Assembly (NCBI RefSeq): GCF_001194135.2
Contig: NC_068994.1
Span: 38,416,343 to 38,480,342, forward strand
DNA length: 64,000 bases
DNA from: Octopus bimaculoides
Taxonomy: Eukaryota
Reading direction: 5' to 3'
The notes below the pieces were generated by a model. It ran no database searches and was not told the origin of the DNA. It was given only the letters and a program-made list of their open reading frames with translations. Within the stretch, counting starts at the first letter, position 1, and every line of letters starts with the position of its first letter. Positions 13,071 to 27,023 of the stretch are shown piece after piece. The translations under genes were made by a program, and so were the position numbers.

Positions 13071-15153
13071 ACACACAAACTTATATGAATGTGTATGTAT
13101 GTCCAAATATAAAATGTATGTACAAATGAAAATAGTGTCTAGAATATTCAAGGCAATATTGTATGCAATCTGTTACTTTAAAATATGTATGAGCTATTTT
13201 TTATTTACAAAAGAGAAAAATGCAACTTTATAACTTTAGTAAACTTTATAAAACATTTTGTAAGTTGCTTTTTTCTTGTTTATTTAGTTGTTTAAACTTT
13301 CCTATTAAACATGCAGCAGCATTTGACATTTCTCCTAAAAATTAATTAAATATTTAAAAAATTTCATTACTGCATTGTAGATGTAATTTCAAAATACAAA
13401 ATTATGGCTTTGAATGAAGTTCTATACTAACTCTAATAGTTGTGGCTAAGAAATTCATATTTAGAGAGAGAAGTTAGCTTTAGAAAACAGATACAGTTCT
13501 ATTAAATTTGACCAGTCTTGTAAGGAATTAAAGCAGAGTTGTAAGGAATTATAACAAACAATGTAAATATTTAATTCTATTTAGCTCTAAATGAAATAAA
13601 CACCTTTCTTTTACCAATTCATATTTTTCTTCTAAGGCTGGAGACATTTTTAAGTAATAAAAATTTTAATTTCTAGAAAATAGTTTTTTATTGGAACTGT
13701 TTATACTACTTACATTTTTTTCAAAACTACTTTTTCAGTTATGAGATTATGAACAATATATTTTTTTAATTTTATTGTGGAGGTGGAGTGGAGTAGGGGT
13801 AGGGTTATATGCTTATATTTTAACCATATTGTGAAATAAATTCTTGAAAGATACATTTAACTTGCAAAGATTCGAGGTTTTATTAATTAAATTAAATTAA
13901 TATATTTCTAATTTTAATTGTTTCTATCTGAGATTCAATAGCTGAATAATTATAGTTCCAGTGAGACAATCTGGAAAATGAGTTTTTAAAAAAGTTACTG
14001 CAGTGAGAATATCCTTTAAATGTATATTTAAAATATATACAATAATATTATAAATGGGATGACTGAACAAAGTATAAAATTGATAACAAGCTTTACTTGT
14101 TATTTGGTTATAATGAGACATTATTTCAATCATATTTACACCAGGCAGTAGCAACTATTTCCTTGTGAATTTCATGATTCATGTATATAAGTATATAACT
14201 AACTTAACTGTAGTTAAACCTAGATAAATTCATAATGCTTTTGTTAAAATCTTATTGTAGACTATATTTTGTGCCTTTTACTTGTCTCAATCATTGGTCA
14301 GTAACCATGCTGGAGTGCCACTTTGAAATTTAAGTATGCACTAAAATTATGACACAGAGAACACAAGCATGAATCCTGATACCGTCCACATGCTAAATGA
14401 GTGCTCTACCATCTGAGCTAATTACCCTCACAGAAGAATTATTCTCATGAGCAGACCTTAAACAAATAATTAACACAAGGTTGATATAATGAAATTTCTA
14501 AAAATATTTGGTTTAAGATGAATTATAGTCTGTCTAATTGTCAACTGTGATGGTAGTAGTAAGAACTTTGTTTATATTGATTATGACAAGTTATAAGATA
14601 ACAGCATTTTGAGACTTTATGAGATAAAAACAGTAAATTTTCAGTATTCTTTCAGAATATGGTGTTTAAAATACTAATTAAAAATTAAAGGTGAAATAAC
14701 AACTAGGGGAGATAATTAGGTTCTCATACCTAAATAACAGCATGTACACTCATGAAGTAATTATACATCAGGAGAACTTTGTAGATCCAACAAATGACAT
14801 CCATATGCAAACTGTGGAGAATATGTGGATGCAGGTAAAAAGAAAATTGCGACATCAATTTGGAACATCAGACAATTTGTTCATTTCCTATTAACAAGAG
14901 TTTATATGGAGGAATTCTGTACCAAAGTAAAAGACTTTTGTTCACATTTTGGTCGCTTTAGCCAACGCCTACGTTGTTTAACTGTAAGTTAACTTATTTT
15001 ATCTCCCCTTGTTATTTCCCCTTTAATTTTTATTTACTTTTTAAACACCGTATTGTGAAAGATTACCAAATTTTCTGTTCATATTTTGCATATAATTCAA
15101 AATTTGCCTGAATGTTGAATATGGTGGTTAATTGGTCAAGTATTGGGATGGTG

Positions 15154-15476
15154 TTAGTTGTTTAGTGTAGATAGAATAGGTACCTGAGGTACTGAAGGTA
15201 CCTTTGGTAGTGTTGTTACTTTAGGTACAGCTGGCAGAGGTGGTTTACAGTCTGAAGTAAACTGACTTGTCATTGGTGCTATAGATGGTTGTTCAGTTAT
15301 GTTAGATGTGGTACTAGATATAGTCAAAGGCACATGGTCAGGATAACAGGAAGTGTTTGAGTCAATATAAGATTGATATTTATAGCCATTGTTGTTATCT
15401 CCCCTTGATCTATCAAGTGTGTGTGGAAGTCGATTCCTCCTACTCCATGTGAGATCACTTTGGTAACGGCATAGAT
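15154..15476 (-). CDS. P3 terminal exon 4 (DLCRYQSDLTWSRRN...KPPLPAVPKVTTLPKVP...LNN*); full P3 ~955 aa
   Basis: Not in the ORF track; translated by hand from atttccag|AT to TAA at 15154, in frame. Confidence 0.87.
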
Positions 15477-16023
15477 CTGGAAATATATTGGTTTATAAAC
15501 CATTTAAAATGCATTCTATACAATATGAACTGGAATTTCATTTCTAAGTTATGTCCATATCGAACCTTTGTTTACACATATCCATATATTGTTGAAACGG
15601 TGTATAAGTAGATATAAGTAATCATAAGATTGTTTACGTAAATTGACTGATTTTTCAGGAATGGAAACTTCAGTTTATAAAGGATCATTTTAAAAGATTT
15701 TTAAAGAGAAACCAAGCTGCACTATTCTTATATAACCACTTTTTTTATTTTCATTTTTAACTTCCTTATTGTGTGAAAGTTTTCAGACTATGTTGGCAAT
15801 CCTAAAGAAAATTTTCAAGTATAGAAGCATAAATCTGTCAGAAAACTTATAAGAAATTGCATTGTAATGCATGAAAAAGGAAAATATTCTCGATATATAT
15901 AAACAACAAACAAACAAAATAAAACAAGATGCTGTTTAAAAAATATATAGCCGTGACAATGGAATCTTTTTGTTGGCTAATGTTGTTAAGGCCATTCTAA
16001 GATTCTTCTGAATAGACTAAATA

Positions 16024-17302
16024 TTAGGTCGTCAAGTATGAAATTTGTAGTAAGTTAATGGTAAACTTTGACAGCTGCACATTTTGCGCCATTATTATAT
16101 TTTGACAATCATTATTTTTTCTTAGAAAGTTGGAACATCTATTTCTTTATTCCAACTAATTTTGCACTTTATAAGGTATTTATAAATCGATTTTTTGCTA
16201 TTTTTGTTTAGATATGGATAAGTCGGAAATTCGTACAGTTTTGAAATATGGATTCTTTCTTGGAAATGCAGCATCACAGACAGCTCGGAATATTAATGGA
16301 GTATTTCATTCTAATGTTATTACACAGCAGACAGTATCAAATTGGTTTGCAAAATTTCATTCTGGTAACTTTGACCTCACAAATGAGCAATGTGGTCAAC
16401 CAGAAACAAAGGTGGATAGCGACAAACTGAAAGCCATCGTCGAGATAGATCCATCTCAAAGTGCCCGTAATTTATCATTGTTATTTGGTGTTAGCAAGCA
16501 AACAATATTGACTCACCTAGTTCAAATCAGTAAGGTGAAAAAGCTGGATAAGTGGGTTCCACATGAACTCAATGAAAATCAAAAGCAGCAACGTTTGGAA
16601 GCCTGCATTATGCTATTTTCTCATCACAATAATGAATCATTTTTTAATCGAATTGTAACATGTGATGAGAAATGGATCGAATGCAACAACCATAAATGTT
16701 CAGCACAATAGTTGGACAAAGACAAACCACCAAAATACAGGCCAAAATGCAAAATTCATCAAAAGAAGCTGATGGTGTGTGTTTGGTGGTCTGGCACAGA
16801 TGTGATCTATTATGATTTCATTAAACCGGGCTCGTCAATCATAGCCGAAGTATACTGCAGCCAAATGGACCAAATAATGCAGAAACTTACAAAAAAACAG
16901 CCTAGATTACTCAACAGATCCACTCCTATTTTATTGTAAAAAAAACGCCAGACCACACATCATAAAAGTGACTTTGGTGAAACTACAGAGTTGGAAGTTT
17001 TCCATCATCCACCATATTCACCTTATCTTGCCCCCACTAACTACCGCTTCTTCCAGAATTTGTATAACTTTCTTATAGAAAAAAAATTTTATTCTGACAA
17101 TGCTGTAAAACAAGCCTTCCAAGATTTTATTGACTCTAGATTATCAGGTTTTTACAGTTTCAGGCTGGACAAGATACCACTGAAATGGCAAAAGTGTCTT
17201 GATAATATGGGTGCATACTTTAATGAATAAAATTATTCCTTGTAGTTATAAAACATTAGCAAACTTTTTTCTTTTCTACAAATTTCATACTTGACGACCT
17301 GA
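16024..17302 (+). mobile_element. Full-length (1279 bp) mariner DNA transposon, inactive, in P3 intron 3
   Basis: 27-bp TIRs (ttaggtcgtcaagtatgaaatttgtag, one mismatch at the right end), TA flanking both ends, internal transposase. Confidence 0.93.
16214..17230 (+). pseudogene. Mariner (D,D34D-type) transposase pseudogene
   Basis: Motifs KLDKWVPHEL, VTCDEKWI, MVCVWW, HPPYSP.LAP. In-frame TAG at 16709-16711, stop and A-run at the HDNA motif (~16937), third catalytic D appears as N. Confidence 0.9.
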
Positions 17303-18557
17303 TATAATCTTCAAACACAAGACATAACACAGAAAGTAATTTGCTTGGAGAAAGTACAATTCAGGAAAAAATACACTGAACAAAACAAAAAAGTTCCTCT
17401 TTTACATGGATACAGGTTTCACAAAAACATACAGCAATTTTAGACTGAATATGGAAACTGTTTGTAATATTTGACATCTCCTGAAAGGTTCACTATGATA
17501 TAGAGATTCCATGAGTCCATTACATCTTAGAACTTAATTCAAAAGGCAACCTCTAATTTGTTCTATAGAACAAGTATTGTAAAAAAGATAGCTTTCTAGT
17601 ACTCACATCATTTCTCTTCCTCTTGATGGCAGTTTTCAAAAACAAAATCTCAGTTGTACAGAGATGGTCATATCTACATTCAGACACATCTAAATACTAA
17701 CATCGAAACCTTCTTTACTCAAAGCTACAATCAAAATACCTCATATTCTTCTTCTTTTGACTTGCCTAGAGCATGACAATGGACATACTACATATCTCTT
17801 TAATTATAGAATTTGTAGTATTCTTCATAATTGTGTCTTTTGAAGCTGATAATAGTTGGGATTGCTGCTCTTTACAGAAATACTACAGCCATTGGTGTTC
17901 TTCCCTCATCATCAACCATTAAAGCACATGTTGCTTGATGAAACCAAGTAAATATCAGTATTAATTAATTACATCCCAGGACTTGAGTGTAACTAAGTTC
18001 TATCAACTCCAGAAGAATGAAAGGCTAAATTCTGAGTACAGATCTCATCAAGGTCAACTTGAGATTTGAACTCAGAATTTAATGGTCTATTTGGCATATT
18101 GTCTAACTGTCAAACAATTCTGCCAATGCACTGCTACTAGTGAAATCCCTATTTTACAAACCTAGAGTATTAATTTCTGCTAATCATAGAGATGTCAATG
18201 CACATGATAGAGAATGTTTTCAAAAACTGATAAATGACTTATAGTTAAAAAAGAGCCACTAAAACAGATTCTACTTCAGACTAAACAAGAATTTTTTAAG
18301 CTTCCAAGACTTCACTAGAGTGAATGAAGTTCACATGTCTTGGCAACACACAACTGATGTTAATGCTCAACAGACTTTGGAAATAAGGAGAAAAATGTCA
18401 AAAGTAAGAATAATATTGGGAAAATTTACTCAACGTATTTCCATGTTCTATATTGACTATGAACGTCTAAGCTATACATGCATGCATGTTTAGATACACA
18501 CATACTTACATATGCCATGTTGTAGTGTTGCACAAATATCTAGTGTTCCTAACTTAC

Positions 18558-18708
18558 CAGGCAGTTCCTCATAATGTCCAGTACTACCGACATTCCAGCC
18601 TTGACTGCTATCTGTGTGAGATGACAATGTTAACATCTCACTGAATTGGTCAGTACTGTTTAATTCTCTGTATCCTGGAGACATACTTTCTTCTCTTGGA
18701 GTGAATAT
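18558..18708 (-). CDS. P3 cytoplasmic exon 3 (151 nt, IFTPREESMSPGYREL...GHYEELP)
   Basis: ctatttag| acceptor, CCTG|GTAAGT donor, paralogous to P2 exon 3. Confidence 0.88.
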
Positions 18709-19016
18709 CTAAATAGAAGTACATAAAGCCATTCTATTATCATAATTTTATGGGCATTCCAAACACACGCACACACACACACAGCATTTTAAGGTTGTCA
18801 ATATTTCAAAATAAAAATTATAAAACAAAGTATTGAAAATAAATTATGACCATACTTAGAATATTTTACTTGTAAATAGTTGTTGTCCAACAAGAAATAA
18901 CTTGCAAATAAGGGTCACTAAAAAAAGCACACAAATTTAAACAAAACCAACTTAAGAAATACTAGACTTCAGGTTTGTAATTCAAACAACTAGTAATTAA
19001 CTATTACATATCTTAC

Positions 19017-21410
19017 CTGTTCACATGGTTCAGTGAAAGCTGAATTACCCCATCTATCACATAACGCAGTTCTGCAGTGAATATCTTCCATGTCCACCGT
19101 TGGTTGTTGAGATTTGGTCATGTTTCTCTCTACTGTGTACTGAACTCCAGGAAGAACACAAGTAGGGTCAAATGTATATTTTGATTGGATGTTTAATGTA
19201 GGTGTAACCTTGTGGTACATATCAACACTATTATCATGGTTGCTATCTGTCTGCTTCAGTCTATGAACTATACAGATTGATATAGAGATCACTATAACAA
19301 CTGATACTATCACAGCTGCTATAACAATAACAATCATCACATTCAATTGGAGACCATTACTTGATTCTGTTGTTGTCTTTGAAGGGGTCTTAAACAACTT
19401 TGATGTGTTGTTACTAACTGTTAAAGTCAAAGAGAAAGTTGTTGTTGATGACAGAACTGGACTGCCACTGTCTTTCACACCTAATTCCAGTTCATAGAAT
19501 CCAGCATCATTTTGGTAAAGTGAGCGAGAGAAAGATAAGACACCAGAGTGATGGTTCATTTGAAATAAGTGTTTCTCATTTCCTCTGAGTATTTCATATG
19601 TGAGGAAGGCATTGTGTTGACTGTCTCTGTCAGAGGCCCTAACAACTGTGATATCATGGTCAGAGCGGGGATGGTAGTGGACATTAAGACTGAAAGGGTC
19701 AACATTAGGGAAACTGAAATAGGGAGAATTATCATTTAAATCCATAACCTCAACAACAACATTTGCTGTGTTCTCCAGTGATGGTGTTCCTTTATCTTTT
19801 ACTAAAACCTTAAACTCATACATGTTCTTTTCTTCTCTGTCTAGTGACTCAGTTGTGGAAATAAATCCCACATCAGATATCTGAAATGGTAGAACATCTT
19901 TTCCATTAGATAATAGAGAATAAGTTAATTGTCCTCCATCTCCAATATCTGGGTCTGTAGCATTGACATATCCAACAGGGAAGTCTTTGTGTTCATTTTC
20001 ATAGGTGAGAAACTTAAATGTGTCCTGACTAAACTGAGGTTGTACATCATTTATGTCGGTAACCAACATTGAAAACTGTTTCCGTACTTTCAATGGAGAT
20101 AAACCATTATCTTGACATTTAATCGTGAAATTAAATCTCTTCTCACTCTCTCTATCTATTTCACTCTTGACAACAACTTTGTATTTCTTTTCAGATATTG
20201 AGATAAGCTGAAGGTATCTATTTTGCAAATGGCACTTCACATGTCCATTTACTCCACTGTCATTGTCAATAACTTTGACATAAGCAACAAAGCTGTGAAT
20301 TTGAGTTGCTTCTGAGATGACAGCTGTGTTTCCAGTTGTCTTTAAAACAAATTTAACATCAATGTTTGGTGGATTGTTAAGATGACTGACACCATTTACA
20401 AGAACAGTAGCTCTTGAAATTCTGTGAGGAATGCCATTATCTTTGGCTTCAATAAATAATTTATATAATTTTCCAAACTTATATTCTTTTGTCATAAATA
20501 ATTCTCCAGTTACTTTATCTAATCTGAACAGTGTTTTCATTGTTTCTGGTGTTTTAGAACTAATTATGTATGAAATTCTCCCATTTTCTCCCTCATCCAT
20601 GTCTGTAGCAGAAAAAATGAATATAGGTTTGTTTATTTGGTGCTTATCGTTTACTGTTATATTGTAGATACTCTGAGAGAATACAGGTGAGTTATCATTT
20701 TTATCTTTCACTAAGATATTTATATCCATTACACCTTCCTTTGGTGGTGTTCCCCCATCTGTAGCAACTAGTTGGATGTGATAATTAGATTTTGTTTCTC
20801 GGTCTAGCTTGTTTTCCAAAACTAACTCGAGTAAATCAGTTTCACTTAAATCATGTGATAAGACCAATTTAAAAGGAATATCTTCATCCTCTTTGAATTT
20901 ATAATTGATCATTGTGTTCTGAATACTGACATCTTTATCAATGGCATTTGGAAGTATTTCTTTTGTTCCTATCAATGCATTTTCCTCATATTGCAAGTGA
21001 AATTCCTTATTTGGAAATATGGGAGAATTATCATTGGCATCTTCTATCATAACTTTGACTTCCAATATTTTCAGAAATGAATGGCCATGCTGAACTGCTA
21101 TTTCCAATATCCTGAAGCATTCCACGTTATATTGACACAGGGTTTCTGCATCCAGCATGGCAGCTGTGTATATTTGTCCTCCAGGTGTAACATTAAATAA
21201 CTGAACATCTCCATCAGTATTACCATGGAGTACATTAAATGTCAGTTTGTTGTTGTTATCCCGAGACTGTATATTATCCAGTAAATGTATATCAGTGACA
21301 ATATCTCCAATGTAACTGTTTAAATCATTGTTCTCTTTCACATTATAAATATGATCCACACACCAGCAGCTCTCAGCCATCAACAGCACCAACAATACCA
21401 TTGACAACAT
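19017..21410 (-). CDS. Protocadherin P3, large exon
   Basis: Within the 845-aa ORF. Acceptor catttcag| (exon starts 21444), ATG 21410 (MLSMVLLVLLMAESCWC), donor CAG|GTAAGA at 19017. Confidence 0.95.
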
Positions 21411-21638
21411 GACTACAATCTTCAATTGTCTCTGATGTATTAATCTGAAATGGAAATAGATATATAGAGGATAACATTCAATATGCAGAATATATACCGA
21501 GATATTGCTTCCATACCAATACATCATAATTTATGTCAGAATATCAATCATCATCATTAGGTAGCATAAATTCTCACAAAATTTTCTCTTATTGATCAGT
21601 GACTATGAGAATAGTGAAAATTTGATTATCAGCTGATT

Positions 21639-22197
21639 ACATATATATATAAAAATGAAATTCAATCTTGCTTGCTTGCTTACAATGTTACACAGCCAAA
21701 CTGGTGCATAATGGGAAGATACTCCGAAAATAATTTAACCCAGACAGGGAAGAAACTCTAACCTTTCCCTTAGACACATTATGATGGGCAAAATATTTTA
21801 AAGTGAAACTGACTTTAAAAATACGGTAAGCATTTCGTAAAAAGATTTATTCGCAACTTGGTGTGAAATAGTTTTTTCCATAGGTTTCTTTCGAGTGCAT
21901 TCAACATATCTCACCTCCAAAGATTTGGCTGCTATTCCTAGCATGCTCTACAACCACATAGCAGCTATTTGCGATCAAAAGACACAAAATAACTGTTACA
22001 AGGTGGCTGGGCATGCAAGAAATAGCAGCCAAATCTTTCCTTTTTCTGGGGAAAGGAACTGTTTACGCATGATTTCGATGTCACATTCATTGAAAGCATG
22101 TGAAATATCATGGAAAAGAAAAAAACTCACAAAACAAAACTCCATTGCTAGGAAACTCGGACTTCCCCGGTGACCCAACGAGTCATGGGTAGTCTAG
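21639..22197 (+). mobile_element. Probable non-autonomous Helitron
   Basis: Starts with an ATATATATAAAAATGAAA-type head; ends with hairpin ACCCA-acgagtca-TGGGT followed by CTAG|T. Confidence 0.5.
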
Positions 22198-23062
22198 TAT
22201 ATATATGTATATATTTATATATATAATGTTTATGTGTGTGTTATGATGCAGGCATGGTGTTGTGGTTAAGAAGTTAATTTTCCAGACACACAGATCCCAT
22301 TAAATGGTATCTTGGCCCATTGTCTTTTACAATATCCCTGAGCTCACCAAACCCTTTTGATGGATTTAGGGTAAGGAAACTGAAAGAAACCCATCATATG
22401 TGTGTGAGAGAGAGGGGGAGTGTATGTGTGTGTAATTACATTTAAGTGGAGACAATTTTTTATTTAAACATACATATATCACTAAAACCAATTTTTTTCT
22501 TTTTACTCCGCAATTTTCTTCACTCTGAAAAGGGAGAGACTTCCATAATTCAGCGCTAGACATGCAGACTTCAAGAGAAGAGTGGGCAATCATGTCTAAA
22601 AAGTTATTTCTTTTAAAGTTGAATTATCCTTTGAAAGAAGAAAATCAGGTATTTCAGTTGTGGGTTTGTATCATAGAAGCTGAAAGTGTTTGACTGTCAG
22701 TGTCTCCAAATTTTAAAGAAGGATGGAAAAATATTACATCCAAACCAGAGACCTGAATTAAAAGCCCCAAACAGAGAATATATCACTGAAGACACACAAG
22801 CGTCCGGTGGCTATGTTATAAAGACAGAAAAAATTTTTGTAAGTTTGCTCTGTTACAGCTCATCTATGGCAATAAAACAATGATTATGTATTGCCAGTGA
22901 TCTTCTCTTGACAGGGCAACCAACAATATTACTTTTACAAAAGGGACACTTCAACATTTGCCATGGGATTATGGATTTGCTAGAACTCTCTGTGAGATAC
23001 GTTACTATTACAATTACAGAGATATTGAAAGTTGCTTTTATGAGAATCCTCAATATTTTATA

Positions 23063-23468
23063 GGCGCAGGAGTGGCTGTGTGGTAAGTAGCTTGCTTACC
23101 AACCACATGGTTCCGGGTTCATTCCCACTGCGTGGCACTTTGGGCAAGTGCTTTCTACTATAGCTTCAGGCCGACCAAAGCCTTGTGAGTGGATTTGGTA
23201 GATGGAAACTGAAAGAAGACCGTCGTATATATGTATATGTATATATATGTGTTTGTGTTTGTCCCCCCCCCCACACACACACACATTGCTTGACAACCGA
23301 TGCTGGTGTGTTTATGTCCCTGTAACTTAGCGGGTCAGCAAAAGAGACCGATAGAATAAGTACTAGGCTTACAAAGAATAAGTCCTGGGGTCGATTTGCT
23401 CAACTAAAGGCGGTGCTCCAGCATGGCTGCAGTCAAATGACTGAAACAAGTCAAAGAGTAAAGAGAGA
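23063..23468 (+). mobile_element. tRNA-derived SINE family B
   Basis: Head GGCGCAGGAGTGGCTGTGTGG..GGTTCATTCC, internal TA/TG microsatellite, AG-rich tail. Further copies or fragments at ~37760, 42040, 43480, 53232, 61600. Confidence 0.8.
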
Positions 23469-24547
23469 GTTCTGTGATCCTATAGAGTTGCTTGCAACAG
23501 AACACAGCAATGAGTTCTACAAGTTTTAATCATTACACATATCATGAAAACAGTCTTGTATTATAATCAACCAATACATAATCTACACCCATTTGAAACT
23601 GAACCAATGAAGGATTTTTTTATGTGGCTGTTCAAACTGCTAGAAACAAGGGACAAATCATCCTCAAATCACGTCCTACCCTTTTTGGAAATGGATTCAT
23701 TGAGTAATGTAGTACTGACTTTTCACAGCATAGGAATCAGGCAAAATGACCATAGCTGGAAGGTTTGTTTGATGAGCAGTGACCTGGGTCTAAACAACGG
23801 CAACAAGACTAACATCTGAATTTCTTCCACAAATGAGTGAGTCCCAATTAGTCAATTTATCTGTTATTAATAGTTGACAAATTTTCTACAAATATCAACC
23901 GGCCATTAAAAAAAGGAACACATTATGCAAAGTAGTCTTTGATATTACTAAAAAGATAGACGGCTGTGGCTGCAATGACTTTGATCATTGGGATCTTTTC
24001 AGACAGGTTGATCAAGGGTTAAACTACAAGTTCTATAATTGCAACAGGTAAATAACCTCACAACTACCGATGAGAAATCAGAATAGCCTCCCTTGATTAT
24101 TAAAAATCTACTTTTTCTACCCTGACTTCAATTCCTGTATAGATGGAGTATTTTGAAGATAATATTCTACTGAATTTATACATAAAGGGGGGAAAAAAAT
24201 TAATCAAGATATTCTATTGTATACCATTTCCTTTCAGTGCAATATTATCCAATTATTAACCGGTTTGTTGACTCATGTAACAATATATATAAAAAAGAAT
24301 GATAATAAAAATATTGATGGTTTAAAGATGTTAAATATTTGAAAAAATAAAAAAACCTATTTAAAAAATTTCTTGCAGTGCTGGTATTTATATATACTAT
24401 AGTATGTGACAATTTAATTGTCTATTAAAGTGAGAGAATAGTATTCAAGTCAATACATTGTATGTTATTCAGAAAGTTATTTTATCAACATAAATAACAG
24501 AGATTACCAAATGACTAAAATATAGATAACAAAAACTTTCAATAAAT

Positions 24548-24808
24548 ACTTACCAACAGTTGTCATTTATTTTTAAAGTTGTTACTGTACTTTTAAAAAG
24601 TTCTGGCATCGAAAAGTTGTAGTAGTAGCAGAAGTTTTGAGCAATTTGGTATGTAATAGTGCTATGTAGTTCTATCAAGTTGGTTGTGTAGTATGTAATG
24701 TGTGTTGTAGCCAATGACAAGCTGTCTATTATTCCAATGCAAGGAAACGGAAGTACAGCCTCCAGTTCTTGCAGTTAATAGTGGGCTGACTCACAGACTA
24801 GTTTACTT
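24548..24808 (-). promoter_or_regulatory. Putative promoter + non-coding exon 1 of P3
   Basis: Same block; donor at 24554; all three motifs intact. Confidence 0.72.
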
Positions 24809-26730
24809 AAGCCCACACACTTACATATACATATGTATGTGTTACAGAATAAATAAGGTAGAATATTTAATGTCTAGAATACTGAGGGAAAGCAATAAAC
24901 TTATGAAAATATGATTAGATATTTAGCTTTCCAAGATTTAAAAAAATATCCTTATATAATAAATTTGGTAAAAGTTAGAAAAGTTTCCAACATCAAAAGT
25001 TTAAAATTTTCAATAACCTTTGCATACCCACCATTATTTAGTAAAAATTTTGGCAAAATTTATTAAAAATACCTTTAATTGCTTTTCATTATATTTAGCT
25101 CTTATCACTAATTTCAAAATACGAAATTATGGCTTTAAATTAGAGACTCACCAGTAATCAACATATGAAATGACTTTCTACACATAAAAGAATTTAGATT
25201 TAGAAGCTTAAGATACTAATTTCCAAAACAATAAGACTATACATATTTGTATTATGTATATGTTGTCTGCTACTATATATATCTGTGTGTGTGTGTGTGT
25301 GTGTGTGTTATGTATCACACAAGCTAACTGGTCTAATAAAGAATATTTTCTGATTATTGGAGGGTTTTTATTTTTTTAACAATTATCAAATGATCAACAA
25401 CTGATTTAATTTTTGTTACATTTCGATAATTACTTTTTCCTTACACTACATTATAGACAATAAATTTTGCTTTGATTTATTATAAAACTACTTACTAAAT
25501 ACGAAATAATAGCTTTAAATACGAGATTTGACTAAAATTAATTTGTGAAATATGATACTATGTTTTCAACTGAGTGTTGTAAAATGCTAATTCAAAAACA
25601 ATATAACTATACATAAATAGCAAAGCTATATATTTCTTTTGCATGTTGTCTAGAATATGAATATATGTAATTGAAATATTTTACCCTGAAATCTAACAAA
25701 ACTCAAGTTACTTTCCTAGGCCATTCAAGCAGGTAAACTGAATTTGAACAGAAAAATCAAAATAATCTATATAACCTACAAAATGTTTTATCTGAACTTG
25801 AATGACAATATCAAAATACTTCTCAGATATTATGGTTGATTTAGAAATTGAAGTCAGTTAATGATGTCTAAAGCCATGCATGACATAACTTTATATAACT
25901 TATGTACACAGAATCTGTATTATGACACTAAAAAATATTTGATACTCTATTAAATAGAAAATTAAATTGTATATTTTAATTCTCTATTTCCTTCACATTC
26001 TAAAGATTAGGAAGAATTTCATTTATAACCAAGTAAGAAGAATTCTTTATGCTTCAATGCTTTAATGAAAACTAATCTAATATAAATCCTTAAATATTAC
26101 TATCAAGATAATGTCTATAATCACATTTCTACAAATATACTCATACAAATTTTCTTCTTCAGGCTATTTGATGGGCTAGCATACTTTCTGACTGAAAATC
26201 TCTGTGAATCTTTAATGACTAATTAAAAAATAGTCAGTGTATTCATTAAAGTCCATTTCTTATATTTTTGTGTGAATTTCTGATGTTATAGTGACTGCAT
26301 TTCAGTCATTGCAGCCCCTGGCCTTCTTCAGGAGCCTAGCATATTCAATGTCATCTCCAGAATTTCAGGAATACATCAAATATGAAATATTCATGGAGTG
26401 GACAACAAAATGAAAAGAATCTAAGCCTATACTCCTTACTGAATATGACAGACATGTGAAGAATACTGGATGATACATTGTAACTATAACAACCAAAAGA
26501 ACACGAGATGAAATATATCAGTGTATTTCAAGTGTATGGGAAGGAGATTAACTACATTAACAATATAAGTGAATTATGTAGTTGTATGTAATATACATTG
26601 ATCACTAGCATGTCAATCCAAATAAAAAGAATCCTTGTATTATAAAATATGTTTAGAGGAATATTCTATTGATATTTGTATTATTTTCATTATGTAAGTT
26701 GTGAAGACAACTTACAAGATGCTTATATTA

Positions 26731-27023
26731 TTACAGTGTTTCCATAGAGTTACTGTGTATATTTTTTACTATGGAAAATGAAGGTACCTGAGGTATTGAA
26801 GGTACTTTTGGTAGTGTTGTTGCTTTAGGTACAGCTAGTAGTGCTGGTTTACTGTTCAAAGTAAAGTTACTTGTCATTGGTACAGTAGATGGTTGTTCAA
26901 TTATTTTAGATGTATTATCAAATATAGTCAACGGTATTTGGTTATCAGTGTTAATGTCACCATTAGGTTGATATCCATTATTATCTTCCTTTGAACTGCT
27001 GAGCGTGTGATAACAGTACAGAC
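26731..27023 (-). CDS. P4 terminal exon 4 (GLYCYHTLSSSKEDNNG...AVPKATTLPKVP...METL*); full P4 ~946 aa
   Basis: ctgctttcag|GT acceptor, phase 1, continuous with ORF 26731..26931. Confidence 0.82.
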
